Source of the DNA: Bacilli bacterium
Lineage (GTDB): Bacteria; Bacillota_I; Bacilli_A; RFN20; CAG-826
Length of the DNA stretch: 64,000 bases
Direction: 5' to 3'
Assembly: GCA_024696885.1 (NCBI GenBank)
Contig: JAILGI010000003.1
Location: 8,897 to 72,896 of the forward strand
Shown here: in pieces, positions 9,029 through 19,580 of the stretch
Layout of the letters: the number at the start of each line of letters is the position of its first letter
How positions within the stretch are numbered: the first letter of the stretch is position 1
Translations under genes and position numbers: made by a program
Notes under the pieces: model-generated
What the model saw: the letters and a program-made list of their open reading frames with translations, nothing else
What the model was told of the DNA's origin: nothing
Databases searched by the model: none

Positions 9029-10269
9029 TTTTTAACCTTTTCCCAGTATTCTTTTAAAGTTTGCTCATATTTATTGTCTTGGTAGACATAATACTTTGCT
9101 TGTTTGATATCATCGGGTAAATATTGTTGTTCAACCCAATGATTCTTATAGTCATGTGGATAGAGATAATGCTGTCCTTTTTCTTTTGTGTCCGCTCCAT
9201 CGAAATGGGTATTTTGTAATTGACGAGGAACATTAATTCCTTTGCCTGCTTCAATATCTCGCATGGCGGCATCAATAGCTAAATATGCAGAATTACTCTT
9301 CGGGGCGGTGGCGATTAAAATAGTCGCATTCGCTAAAGGAAGTCTTGCTTCTGGCATACCTAATTGTAAGGCCATATCAACGCAAGATTTCACAATTGGA
9401 ATGATTTGCGGATAGGCTAAACCAACATCTTCTGTTGCTGAGCACATTAGTCGACGACTAGCAGCAATAATATCGCCTGCTTCTAGCATTTTTCCTAAGT
9501 AGAAAATAGCAGCGTCAGGATCGCTACCTCTCAGTGACTTCATGAAAGCAGAAAGATTATCAAAATGTTTGTCTTCGCTTCTATCATATGTAATATGAGC
9601 TTTGTTAATTAGCTCTTTAACTTGTTCTTCGCTAATCTTTTTATTCTTCTTTAAGGAAGAGACAATAAATTCTAAATTATTAAGTGATTTTCTTACATCT
9701 CCGTTAGAGGCCACGGCGAGGAGGGTAAGCGCTCCGTCATCGATATCAACTTTGAGGTAATCCGCAGCTCTTTTTAAGCCTTTTTTAATCTCATCAACAC
9801 TGACAGATTTGAATTCAAAAACTGTGCACCTAGAAATCAAAGCGGGATATATATAAAAATAAGGATTCTCCGTTGTGGAAGCGATTAAAGTGATATCGCC
9901 ACTTTCCACAAATTCAAGGAGAGATTGCTGTTGTTTTTTATTTAAATATTGGATTTCATCGAGATAGAGCAAAATGCCGTTCGTAGAAAAAACACTATTG
10001 ATATCCGCAATGACTTTTTTGATATCTTCAGTTGAGGCACTGGTACCATTTAAACGATATAAGGTTTTATTTGTTTTCTTAGCGATAATGTTCGCCATAG
10101 TGGTCTTTCCAGTTCCGGGAGGACCATAAAAAATCATGTTTGGCACATGACCATTTTCAATCACCTTGCGAAACAAAGAACCCTTTGCTAAAAGGTGGGA
10201 CTGGCCCACCATTTCATCTAGTGAATTTGGTCTTAATAAATCCGCTAAGGGCTGACTCATTTTATTCAA
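9025..10269 (-). CDS. rarA: Replication-associated recombination protein A (MgsA/RarA AAA+ ATPase)
   Basis: GPPGTGKTT Walker A and MgsA C-terminal domain. Confidence 0.92.
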   Translation of the reverse strand: MNKMSQPLADLLRPNSLDEMVGQSHLLAKGSLFRKVIENGHVPNMIFYGPPGTGKTTMANIIAKKTNKTLYRLNGTSASTEDIKKVIADINSVFSTNGILLYLDEIQYLNKKQQQSLLEFVESGDITLIASTTENPYFYIYPALISRCTVFEFKSVSVDEIKKGLKRAADYLKVDIDDGALTLLAVASNGDVRKSLNNLEFIVSSLKKNKKISEEQVKELINKAHITYDRSEDKHFDNLSAFMKSLRGSDPDAAIFYLGKMLEAGDIIAASRRLMCSATEDVGLAYPQIIPIVKSCVDMALQLGMPEARLPLANATILIATAPKSNSAYLAIDAAMRDIEAGKGINVPRQLQNTHFDGADTKEKGQHYLYPHDYKNHWVEQQYLPDDIKQAKYYVYQDNKYEQTLKEYWEKVKK

Positions 10270-11569
10270 TAACCTCTAAAATAACAGGTTGATGTTCGAC
10301 TTTTTCTTGGCAAATAACAAAGGTGTTTTTGACCTCTTCAGCAATTGGTTCATAAACGCTAGCAGGTTTATTGGTATAGAGGGTTGCTAAGAGTTCGCCT
10401 TTTGCCACTTGATCGCCCACTTTTTTATTTAAAACAATACCCGCGGACATATCGATGACATCGTCAAGGGTTTCTCTTCCACCACCGAGTTTCATGGAAC
10501 TAACACCAATTGTTAAAGCATTCAATTCTTTTACGTATCCGGCTTCATCTGCATAGATTGGAAGGATGACTTTAGCCATTTCAAATTTCTCAGGATGTAG
10601 GATATATTCGATATCGCCACCTTGGGCTTTAACCATCTTCACAAAGCGATCAAACGCTTGGCCATTACGAATGACTTCTTCTAATGCCGCTCTTGCTTCT
10701 TTAATTGTTTTATAACAATTGGCTTGCTCTAACATAATAGCGCCTGCAGAATAGCACAGTTCCATTAAATCTTCTGGTCCATGACCTTGCAAAGCGTCAA
10801 TTGCTTCTTTAACTTCTAAAGAGTTACCAACGGCTTTTCCTAAAGGTTCGCTCATATTGGATAAGACGGCTTTTGTGTTTCTATTTAAACGCTTACCAAT
10901 GTCTACCATAATGTGGGCGAGTTTTCTCGCTTGTTCAACATTCTTCATGAATGCGCCTTCACCTACGGTGACATCTAATAAGATAGCATCAGATCCACTA
11001 GCGAGTTTTTTACTCATAACACTAGCGGCAATTAATGGAATAGATTCCACTGTTCCGGTGACGTCTCTTAAAGCATACATTTTCTTATCCGCAGGAACTA
11101 AGCTACCGGTTTGACCAACAATCGCACAGCCAATTTCATTGACTTGGTTGACAAAACGGTCACCAGAAATAGCAATGGTAACACCTGGAATTGATTCTAA
11201 TTTATCTAATGTTCCACCGGTATGGCCTAAACCACGACCACTCATCTTGGCTAATGTTGCTCCGCAAGCGGCCACCATAGGTCCTAAAACAAGAGATGTT
11301 TTATCTCCCACTCCACCAGTGGAGTGTTTATCGACTTTCACGCCTTTGAGCATGGATAAATCGAGTGTTTCACCAGAATGTAACATCGCATCGGTTAAAG
11401 TTGCAATTTCGCGATTATTCATTCCTTGGAAGACAATCGCCATTTGCATCGCAGAGGATTGATAATCAGGAATTTCACCTTTGACATATCCGCTAATCCA
11501 AAAACGGATTTCTTCATCTGTTAATTCTTGTCCTTCTCTTTTCTTAATAATTAAATCAACCATTCTCAT
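10262..11569 (-). CDS. pdp: Pyrimidine-nucleoside (thymidine) phosphorylase
   Basis: 435 aa glycosyl-transferase family 3 fold (HSTGGVGDK, SGRGLGHTGGTLDKLE). Confidence 0.9.
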   Translation of the reverse strand: MRMVDLIIKKREGQELTDEEIRFWISGYVKGEIPDYQSSAMQMAIVFQGMNNREIATLTDAMLHSGETLDLSMLKGVKVDKHSTGGVGDKTSLVLGPMVAACGATLAKMSGRGLGHTGGTLDKLESIPGVTIAISGDRFVNQVNEIGCAIVGQTGSLVPADKKMYALRDVTGTVESIPLIAASVMSKKLASGSDAILLDVTVGEGAFMKNVEQARKLAHIMVDIGKRLNRNTKAVLSNMSEPLGKAVGNSLEVKEAIDALQGHGPEDLMELCYSAGAIMLEQANCYKTIKEARAALEEVIRNGQAFDRFVKMVKAQGGDIEYILHPEKFEMAKVILPIYADEAGYVKELNALTIGVSSMKLGGGRETLDDVIDMSAGIVLNKKVGDQVAKGELLATLYTNKPASVYEPIAEEVKNTFVICQEKVEHQPVILEVIE

Positions 11570-11665
11570 AAACTTGAAAATCTCCTTTAAAAATCATGTT
11601 TATTTTAACAAATTTTCATTACTAAATTCTATATATTTAGAATTTTGTGGTAAAATTCATATGAA

Positions 11666-12904
11666 ATGACGTTTATTGAACATTTAAAAAAATATTTAAA
11701 TGAGGAAGAAATAGAAAAACTGGTTTGTTCTTTAGAGTTAGAAAGTAAGCATGCGCTTCTTTTAAATACACAAAAAATGAGTGCAGAAAAACTATTATCA
11801 ATTTATCCTCATTTAGAAAGGCACCCTATCGTGGAAAATGCCTATTTATATAATAAAAGCGAATACGAATTAGGCAAATCTCTCCTTTATGAACTCGGTG
11901 TTTTTTACCTACAAGAACCCTCAGCGATGTTGGTCAGTTGTCTATTAAATCCTAAGCCTAATCAATTAGTTTTAGATTTGTGTGGCGCGCCAGGTGGTAA
12001 AACTGTCGGGGCCTCTTTATTAATGAAACAAACTGGTCTAGTTGTCTCTAATGATTTAAGCAATCAAAGAGCCCAAATCATTAAAGAAAACGCGGAAAGA
12101 ATGGGTTTATGCAATTTATTAATTGTCTCTAATGATTTCTCCAAAATCTATAAACAATATCTAAATACATTTGATGCAATTATATTAGACGCTCCATGTT
12201 CAGGATCAGGAATGTTCCGCAAAAATGATTTAATGAAACAAGATTGGAACATCAATAAAGTCCTTAAATATGCCTCTATTCAGAAAGAATTGATTTTAAT
12301 GTGTTATCAGATGTTAAAAGAAGGTGGCAAATTAATCTATTCCACTTGTTCTTTTTCCTACGAAGAAGATGAAGAAATTATCGAGCATCTTTTAAGGGAA
12401 ACTGATGCGGAAATTGAACCGATAGAAAATAACCCACTTTTCTATGTTTCGAGACGCGGATTAGGCATTCATTTATTCCCTTATTTATTCCCTGGAGAAG
12501 GTCACTATATCGCTTTAATTAAAAAACCAGGAATCTTAAAAAGTAGAGATGAGGCTAAACAAGTTAAAAAGAAATATGGACCCTTCACTTTTTTAAGTCA
12601 ATCCTCCATTAATATGAAGAATCTCAATATCATTCGTGATGGGGTTAAATTAGGTGAAGAATTACACGATGATATCAAATACGATATTCATTACGCTCGT
12701 TATATTAATAGTTTCTCTCAAGAATTAGAAATAGATGAAAAAGAAGCGGCAGCGTATTTAGAAGGAAACTCCATTAATAAAGATGGATATAAAGGTTATA
12801 TCTTATTGAAATATCAAGGTGTTCCTATTGACCTTGCTAAAGGTGATGGACGGATTGTCAAAAACCGTTATCCAAAATATATGCGTAAAAAAATACCCTT
12901 ATAG
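11666..12904 (+). CDS. RsmB/RsmF-family rRNA (cytosine-C5) methyltransferase (NOL1/NOP2/Sun)
   Basis: DLCGAPGGKT SAM motif, DAPCSGSGMFRK and TCS catalytic motifs, plus C-terminal PUA-like extension. Confidence 0.85.
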   Translation: MTFIEHLKKYLNEEEIEKLVCSLELESKHALLLNTQKMSAEKLLSIYPHLERHPIVENAYLYNKSEYELGKSLLYELGVFYLQEPSAMLVSCLLNPKPNQLVLDLCGAPGGKTVGASLLMKQTGLVVSNDLSNQRAQIIKENAERMGLCNLLIVSNDFSKIYKQYLNTFDAIILDAPCSGSGMFRKNDLMKQDWNINKVLKYASIQKELILMCYQMLKEGGKLIYSTCSFSYEEDEEIIEHLLRETDAEIEPIENNPLFYVSRRGLGIHLFPYLFPGEGHYIALIKKPGILKSRDEAKQVKKKYGPFTFLSQSSINMKNLNIIRDGVKLGEELHDDIKYDIHYARYINSFSQELEIDEKEAAAYLEGNSINKDGYKGYILLKYQGVPIDLAKGDGRIVKNRYPKYMRKKIPL

Positions 12905-12910
12905 GGTATT

Positions 12911-15043
12911 TTAATTTTTGTTTTTATAAAGAATTATCAATTTCGCTGGAGATATTGGGACTCTTTGGATGGCAAATTCTGTTTTATCGATTTCCAAAAT
13001 GGAATAATAATCGCCATCTTCATAAATTTTCTTATCGTTTGAGTTATTGATAATAATCTTGAGGCCAGGATATTTTTCCATTAATGGAGAATTGACATCG
13101 ATAACCACTAAACCATTATCAAGTTTATGAAATGTATAAACACCTTTAATATCTTCTGGGCGATATAAAGATAAATATTTCAAAATGGTTTTACGATAAA
13201 TAATAAGCTTTCTTAAGTGCTCCACCATGAAGAAGTTTTGATCCACTAACGACCAGTTCATATTGTTAATTTTGGTGACGTTATAAGTGTTATCTAAACC
13301 GGACTTAGATTGACCGATTTCTTGGCCCATATGGAAGAACGGCATACCGAATGAAGTGAGAATAATATCGTTTGCCAATCTTATCCTACGATAGAGTGTA
13401 TCAACGTCTTCATCACTATTGGATTCTGCGAGTTTATCAAAGAGTGTATTATTGTCGTGACATTCCGCATAATTCAAACTCTGATTAGCGTCTAAGAAAC
13501 GATGTTGATATGACATATCTAAGACCGAACCATTCATGATGTATTCAAGACCAAAGTAGTAATTTAAATCACCATTGATAAAGCCTTTTTCTTTAATTCT
13601 ATCTTTGAATGTTGGACCTTTAATGATGTCGCGATACATATCGTTAAAGAAACCATATCCTGGTAATTTATCTGCGTTATCGTGACACGCTCTTTCTTCA
13701 ACCGGGATTTGTAAGCCCATATTCCAACCTTCACCATAAAGAAGGGCGGTTGGTTTAATCTTTCTAACGGCCGCTTCGATTTCACGCATCGTGGTGATGT
13801 CAAGAAGTCCCATTAAGTCAAAACGGAGACCATCGATATCATATATCTCAAAAAGATATTTCACACTATCGACGATGAGTTTTCTTGCCATTTTTCTTTC
13901 GCTAGCGAAGTCATTGCCGCATCCGGAACAAGATGATAATTCTCCATTTTTCTTCTTTCTAAAGAAATAGCCAGGAACTGTTCTTTCATAAGATGTATAG
14001 AACCATTCGAAAACATGGTTATAAACAACGTCGACATTCACCGCGATATTTCTTTTATGGAGTTTATTAACAAGAGTTTTAAATTCTATATTTCTACTCG
14101 TTGGATTTCCCGGATCAGAAGAATAAGCACCTTCTAAAACGAAATAGCTCGCTGGGTCATAACCCCAGTTATATTTTGCTTTCACATTATCATCAGGGAC
14201 GTTAACGACATCGTGAACTGGCAATAGTTGAACATGGGTAACACCAAGGTATGATAAATAATCAATGCCCGCGGGGTGACCACATTTGGTCTTTCTTCCT
14301 TCTTCTACGAAACCTAAATATTTACCTTTTTCTTGAATATCAGTGTCTTTACCTTCGGTAAAATCACGAATACTCACTTCGTAAATAATGGAATCCACTG
14401 GTTTTAATAAGGAAGAAGCGCATGGAACTGTGCCCATTTGTTTAATTTCTTCAATATCAACAACTGATGAATAAACCGAGTTTAAAGAAGAGGATTTACC
14501 GTATATGTCATATGATTCACGAACAACACCGTTGTTTTCGATGACATAACGATATTTGCGGTTCTTATAATCGCCTTTTAAGGTAATCGCATGAACACCT
14601 CTATCTAAACGAGTTAAGGTGTGATATTCAAACTCACCTTTTGCGTTTTCGATTTTAATTTTCACCAAAGGTGAAAGAGGGGCCCAAACCTTAAAGGTGG
14701 TTTCCTCTTTGCCATAGGTCGCACCTAAATCATCGCCATCGTAATAAAACATTAAATCGAATTCTTTAAAGTCCACCGCCATAGAGACATCCACTAATTG
14801 AATAGGGAAGTTCATGAAGGATAGATAATAATGTTTTGAGAAATCAAATTGTTCTTTTAATTCCAAGCGGAAAATCATTAATTCACGCATCGATGTACGG
14901 CGAATAATTGTGGGTGAATACAAATATTCGTTTTCTTGGAATAAAGAGAAAGTAAGGCGATCTTCTCCAATATAAGCGTCAGTAAACACCATCACATCGA
15001 TGGTTCTTAAAGAGACGAGATTAGCTTTAATGAAGGCACTCAT
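12911..15043 (-). CDS. pulA: Type I pullulanase (GH13, cytoplasmic, no signal peptide)
   Basis: YNWGYDP, GLRFDLMG, YGEGW and CHDN conserved GH13_14 regions. No signal peptide or lipobox. Confidence 0.88.
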   Translation of the reverse strand: MSAFIKANLVSLRTIDVMVFTDAYIGEDRLTFSLFQENEYLYSPTIIRRTSMRELMIFRLELKEQFDFSKHYYLSFMNFPIQLVDVSMAVDFKEFDLMFYYDGDDLGATYGKEETTFKVWAPLSPLVKIKIENAKGEFEYHTLTRLDRGVHAITLKGDYKNRKYRYVIENNGVVRESYDIYGKSSSLNSVYSSVVDIEEIKQMGTVPCASSLLKPVDSIIYEVSIRDFTEGKDTDIQEKGKYLGFVEEGRKTKCGHPAGIDYLSYLGVTHVQLLPVHDVVNVPDDNVKAKYNWGYDPASYFVLEGAYSSDPGNPTSRNIEFKTLVNKLHKRNIAVNVDVVYNHVFEWFYTSYERTVPGYFFRKKKNGELSSCSGCGNDFASERKMARKLIVDSVKYLFEIYDIDGLRFDLMGLLDITTMREIEAAVRKIKPTALLYGEGWNMGLQIPVEERACHDNADKLPGYGFFNDMYRDIIKGPTFKDRIKEKGFINGDLNYYFGLEYIMNGSVLDMSYQHRFLDANQSLNYAECHDNNTLFDKLAESNSDEDVDTLYRRIRLANDIILTSFGMPFFHMGQEIGQSKSGLDNTYNVTKINNMNWSLVDQNFFMVEHLRKLIIYRKTILKYLSLYRPEDIKGVYTFHKLDNGLVVIDVNSPLMEKYPGLKIIINNSNDKKIYEDGDYYSILEIDKTEFAIQRVPISPAKLIILYKNKN

Positions 15044-15045
15044 AT

Positions 15046-17691
15046 TTAATACTCACTTTGTTCATCACTTGTGGGGATATCGTCAAGGTCGATGGAAGTT
15101 TGTGCATCGTGTACAAGTACACGACTTCCCTTATTTCCTTCGCTTGTTCCTTCAACAATTCCTTCTTGCACAAGTCGATTAAAGATTCTTCTAGCGCGGT
15201 TAAATCCGATGAAACATTCACCTTGAATGCGGCTCATGGATGTATATTGTTGGGACATAACCCAAGCTTTAATACTTTGATATTTGGATTCTTCCGAATT
15301 TTCCATTTGCGCAGTGGCGCCGCCACTTGCGACATAGGCTTGTCCTTCTTCTTCCGCTTTTTCTTCTAAATTGAGATATTTTTCATCGTAAACTGTTTCA
15401 TATTTTTCTTTAAGATATGATGTAACTCGAGAAATCTCTTTTCCAGAAATATAACAACCTTGGACACGGGCTAAGCCAACACGGGAAACGGTTTGTGATT
15501 GTACGAGCATATCACCTTTACCTAAAAGTTTTTCCGCGCCTTGTTCACCTAAGATAGTGACGGATTGCGTATAGTTAGCACACGCTAAAGCAACGTGGGC
15601 TGGTAAATTGTTTTTAATAGAACTTGTAATGATATCTGCAGTTGGGGATTGGGTAGCAATGCAAATATGAATACCACACGCTCTTGCTTTTTGACCTAAT
15701 AAAACGATAGGACGAGAAATCTCTTTACATGTTTGCACTAAGTCACCAAATTCATCGAGAATAGCGACGATATAAGGCATCTTATCTAAACCCTTTTCTT
15801 CCGCGATTTCATTGTATTCAGAGATATTAACGACATCGTTAGAACCAATTCTTTCATATCTCTCGTTCATTTCTTCGACGAGTTTATCAAGTAATGGTTT
15901 GGCTTTTTCTGGTTCCGTAATAACTGGACATAATAAGTGTGGTAAATCGCGATATTTAAGCATTTCCACTTTCTTAGGATCCACGAGAACGAGTTTTAAA
16001 TCATCTGGTGAATTACGCATGATTAAAGTGGTAATAATTGAGTTGATAAAGATAGATTTACCACTTCCAGTGGTACCTGCTACTAAGAGGTGTGGGAATT
16101 TATCATAATCAGCGTAGATAACTCTACCTTCAATATTCTTACCGAAAGCCACTGCTAAAGGATGTTTTTGCACATCAGGTAAAGCGTCAAAGACATCTTT
16201 AAAGCTGACAGTGGTAATTACCGCGTTAGGAACTTCTAAGCCGGAATAATAACTGCCTTCCACGACTTGTTCAAAACGACAATCAACGCCACCTAAACGG
16301 ATAGCGATATCGTTTTTACGCAAATCGACGTTCTTAGCGGGAACGCCTGGTTTATATTTGACGTTATAACGGGTGACAGATGGACCAATGATATAGCCCG
16401 CGATTTCCGCACCGACGCGATATTCTTCAAAGAATTGGTTAAGAGCTTCTGTTCTTTCATCCGCGGTTTTACGGTTAAGTTCTTCCGCTTCTGTAGTTTC
16501 GTATTGCTCTAATAAATCACTTGTTGGAGGTACCCATTCCACTTTTTGTTTAACTTTAACTTCGTTAGTGATGGTTGGAGCCACTTCCGGAGCAGGCATT
16601 GGATTGTTATTCACAATACTTGTTGGCTCATTGAAGATAGGCTGCGCGGTCACGATCTTTTTATCAAATTGACGTGGCGCATCAAAATCTAAAGTTAATT
16701 GTTCATTCTTAACTGGAACGGGATTAGGTATTTCTTTTACTTCTTCTTTCTTTTCCTCTACTGGCATAGAAGGTATAACAGGGGTAAAAGATGGCTCTAC
16801 TTTGTTAGGACTTGTTAAAGGTGTAGAAGAGGAAGAATTATTAATTGATTGTTCAATATTCAAAGGTTGCGAAGGATTATCACCAGGTGTGACGCCTTTT
16901 ACAAAGTGAGCGGGGACAAAAACACCGGTATTTCTAAATTGTAAATTGGTGCCATAATGTGGGGATTGACCCATCATTTCATTCGCTGGGGCAAATGATT
17001 GAGGTTTTACCTCATTAATAGTTCTTTCTGTAGTGTCCGCTTTTTCAACGATACTTGCGTTTTTGATGATATTAGAGGTGTTATCTTTGGAAATTTCCAC
17101 TTCTTGTAAAGGAACTTCGTTTTCCTCTTTATTGAATTTTCTTTCTTTTCTCTTTTTATTAAAAAGAGCAAGGATATCTTTAAGAAAGATTAAAACCACG
17201 CCGATAGTTAAAAGGAGGAAGCCAATTAAGAAGGGGATGATATTACCAACATCGTTTAAAACACCCCAGATAACCGCGCCTAAGAAACCACCACCGATAC
17301 CTTCTTGGAAGAGATTGATGAAATGGCTTTCTTGGATGTAGTTTAAGTCATGAATTAAATAATTGCCTAAAGAACGCCAATAGTACTCCATATGGGAGAA
17401 AGATGTGGCAATGAGACATAAGGCAATAAAGGTTAATATAATGCCCACTAATCTAAGATTAAATTTTATTTTAAATCCTTTGCCACGGAAGAGAAGGAAC
17501 ATGCCTTCTAAATAGACAAATAAATATATAACATAGCTTAAAACGCCAAATAGATATGTAAAAGGCAACGTTAAAACTCTCGCTGGGTACCACATATTTA
17601 AAACTAAGACGATACCGATTAAAGCGAGGGCAATACCTTCAAAAAAAGCAAATTGCTTTTTTGATATTGGTGTTAAGTTTTCTTCACTCAT
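15046..17691 (-). CDS. ftsK: DNA translocase FtsK/SpoIIIE
   Basis: N-terminal 4-5 TM helices, long low-complexity P/N/S/T-rich linker, RecA-like motor (GTTGSGKS) and C-terminal gamma winged-helix domain. Confidence 0.93.
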   Translation of the reverse strand: MSEENLTPISKKQFAFFEGIALALIGIVLVLNMWYPARVLTLPFTYLFGVLSYVIYLFVYLEGMFLLFRGKGFKIKFNLRLVGIILTFIALCLIATSFSHMEYYWRSLGNYLIHDLNYIQESHFINLFQEGIGGGFLGAVIWGVLNDVGNIIPFLIGFLLLTIGVVLIFLKDILALFNKKRKERKFNKEENEVPLQEVEISKDNTSNIIKNASIVEKADTTERTINEVKPQSFAPANEMMGQSPHYGTNLQFRNTGVFVPAHFVKGVTPGDNPSQPLNIEQSINNSSSSTPLTSPNKVEPSFTPVIPSMPVEEKKEEVKEIPNPVPVKNEQLTLDFDAPRQFDKKIVTAQPIFNEPTSIVNNNPMPAPEVAPTITNEVKVKQKVEWVPPTSDLLEQYETTEAEELNRKTADERTEALNQFFEEYRVGAEIAGYIIGPSVTRYNVKYKPGVPAKNVDLRKNDIAIRLGGVDCRFEQVVEGSYYSGLEVPNAVITTVSFKDVFDALPDVQKHPLAVAFGKNIEGRVIYADYDKFPHLLVAGTTGSGKSIFINSIITTLIMRNSPDDLKLVLVDPKKVEMLKYRDLPHLLCPVITEPEKAKPLLDKLVEEMNERYERIGSNDVVNISEYNEIAEEKGLDKMPYIVAILDEFGDLVQTCKEISRPIVLLGQKARACGIHICIATQSPTADIITSSIKNNLPAHVALACANYTQSVTILGEQGAEKLLGKGDMLVQSQTVSRVGLARVQGCYISGKEISRVTSYLKEKYETVYDEKYLNLEEKAEEEGQAYVASGGATAQMENSEESKYQSIKAWVMSQQYTSMSRIQGECFIGFNRARRIFNRLVQEGIVEGTSEGNKGSRVLVHDAQTSIDLDDIPTSDEQSEY

Positions 17692-17773
17692 ATAAAAATA
17701 TTATATATGCGCACATACGCGTAAGTCTAGAAAAATAAGGGAAAACATTCAATGAATGCTTATCTTTATTTAA

Positions 17774-19459
17774 TTAGTCGACGATTATGACAATCGGGAG
17801 GATTAAAGGTTCGCGGCCATTTTCACGTTTGATGTACTTTTTCGCGCGATCACAAATGGCGAGTTTGACCTTTTCGAAATTGGTTTCACCCATATTTAAC
17901 GCGGTGGTAATTTCATCGATATAAATATTGGTGATTGATTTAATTAACGGTTCAGCTTCTTTGACGTAGACGAATCCACGCATTTGGGTATCCGGACCAG
18001 AAACGATGGTTTTTTCTTTTAAACTAACCGTACTAGCCACGACGACAACACCATCTTCTGAGAGTTTCTTTCTCTCTTCCATCGTGTCTTCTTCAATGCT
18101 TGTGATACCTCTTCCGTCAACGAGAAGAGGAGCAATATTAATCTGATTAACTTCGTTAGGGATAACTCTTGGACGTGGGGCTTCATCGAACACCACTTGC
18201 ATACCATTATCTAAAACGAAGACGTTCATCGGGTTTAGACCTAAGCCTGTGGAGATAGCAAGTCTTGCATTTGCAAGAAGATTGACATATGTACCTCTAA
18301 CAGGGAAATAGTATTTTGGTTTTAATAATGTTAATAAAGCGCGGATATCATCTTCTCTAGCGTGCATCGACACTATTTTCTTATTGGTGACCCATTCAAC
18401 TGTACAACCGGTACGATATAAATCATCGATGGAGTGGGTGGCAACAGTTTCTAGTGATAACATTGGTAAAGCCGCGGAGATAAAGATGTCGTCACTATCT
18501 AATGTAATGCGCTTATCGGGGTTTTGACCCTTGGCTAAAAGAGATATCTTTTCGTATAATTCTTCACCATATCCGAGCATTAATACCACCATGTCTTGTT
18601 TTCTTACTCTCAGTAAGTCTTCGGGAGAAATGAAGTCATTTTTATTAAATGGACAGAATGGTAAAGATAAAATATCACTTAACAAATTACGAGCGTATTC
18701 GTCGTAAACATAAACTTTTTTCTTATGTTCATGACATAGTCGAGCGATTTCTTCTAAACGATAGAAGTTCTCCCAGAAACAGGAGATAAAGATGCGCTTT
18801 TCATCGTTAAAATAATCTTTAATTAACGCGGTTAAACGGTGTTTTGGAGAACAATAGCCTGGTCTATTCGCACCTTTACTTTCACAAAGGAGAATTAAAG
18901 TATCATCTTTATTTCCTCTTTTAATTAAAGAATTAATATCAAAGATATAACCGGGATTGCTCACTGTGTAATCGACGATAAAGTCGGAGGAATAAATAAT
19001 CCAACCTCTATCAGTTTCGATAGCGACACCGATGGATTCACAAATATTGTGCATTGTTTGGAAGAAACGGAAACGGACACTACCGATGTAGACTTCACTC
19101 GTTGGCTTAACGGTCACAAAAAGGAATTTAGGCTTGATATGGTATAGTTTTGATTCCCATTCCATAATGGCCTTTGTGGTTTCCGTACAATAAATAGGCG
19201 CGGGAGCTTGATCGTAAACGTATTTTAAACCCGCCATATTTTCATCATGACCATGGGTCATAATGTAGCCTTTGATTCTATGTTTGTTTTTAATTAAATA
19301 GTCATTATTAGGGATTAAAAAGTCAATTCCGGGAAGGGTTTTATCGGGGAGGGAAGCACCATAATCTAATACAAAAATATCGTCGTTAATCTCAACAACA
19401 TAACAATCTCTACCGGACTCATCGAGACCGCCTAAAGCACAAATTTTAATGGAATCCAT
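17774..19459 (-). CDS. rnj: Ribonuclease J family protein (beta-CASP metallo-beta-lactamase) with a degenerate metal-binding motif, RNase J2-like
   Basis: 561 aa aligning with RNase J1 over its full length. Motif II reads THGHDENMAG instead of HGHEDHIG. Several other catalytic positions are substituted (LLCESKG versus LLSDSTN). Confidence 0.8.
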   Translation of the reverse strand: MDSIKICALGGLDESGRDCYVVEINDDIFVLDYGASLPDKTLPGIDFLIPNNDYLIKNKHRIKGYIMTHGHDENMAGLKYVYDQAPAPIYCTETTKAIMEWESKLYHIKPKFLFVTVKPTSEVYIGSVRFRFFQTMHNICESIGVAIETDRGWIIYSSDFIVDYTVSNPGYIFDINSLIKRGNKDDTLILLCESKGANRPGYCSPKHRLTALIKDYFNDEKRIFISCFWENFYRLEEIARLCHEHKKKVYVYDEYARNLLSDILSLPFCPFNKNDFISPEDLLRVRKQDMVVLMLGYGEELYEKISLLAKGQNPDKRITLDSDDIFISAALPMLSLETVATHSIDDLYRTGCTVEWVTNKKIVSMHAREDDIRALLTLLKPKYYFPVRGTYVNLLANARLAISTGLGLNPMNVFVLDNGMQVVFDEAPRPRVIPNEVNQINIAPLLVDGRGITSIEEDTMEERKKLSEDGVVVVASTVSLKEKTIVSGPDTQMRGFVYVKEAEPLIKSITNIYIDEITTALNMGETNFEKVKLAICDRAKKYIKRENGREPLILPIVIIVD

Positions 19460-19549
19460 ATGTCCCCCCTAAAATAATTGACTATATTTATAAGTTGCTT
19501 TTAATATAACACTCTTTTTATGTAAATAAAAGAGAATTCACTAAAGAAT

Positions 19550-19576
19550 AAAAAAGACCCAAGTTAATGGGCCTTA
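19550..19576 (-). terminator. Intrinsic terminator after pnp
   Basis: Transcript hairpin GGCCCAUUAACUUGGGUC followed by UUUUUU, 8 nt after the pnp stop. Confidence 0.65.
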
Positions 19577-19580
19577 ATGG

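Noticed and set aside
10857-11669. Plus-strand ORFs of 85, 107 and 62 aa
   Set aside because: Antisense to pdp or lying in its promoter region. The rsmB/F-family gene starts at 11666, and the 62-aa ORF merely overlaps its start.
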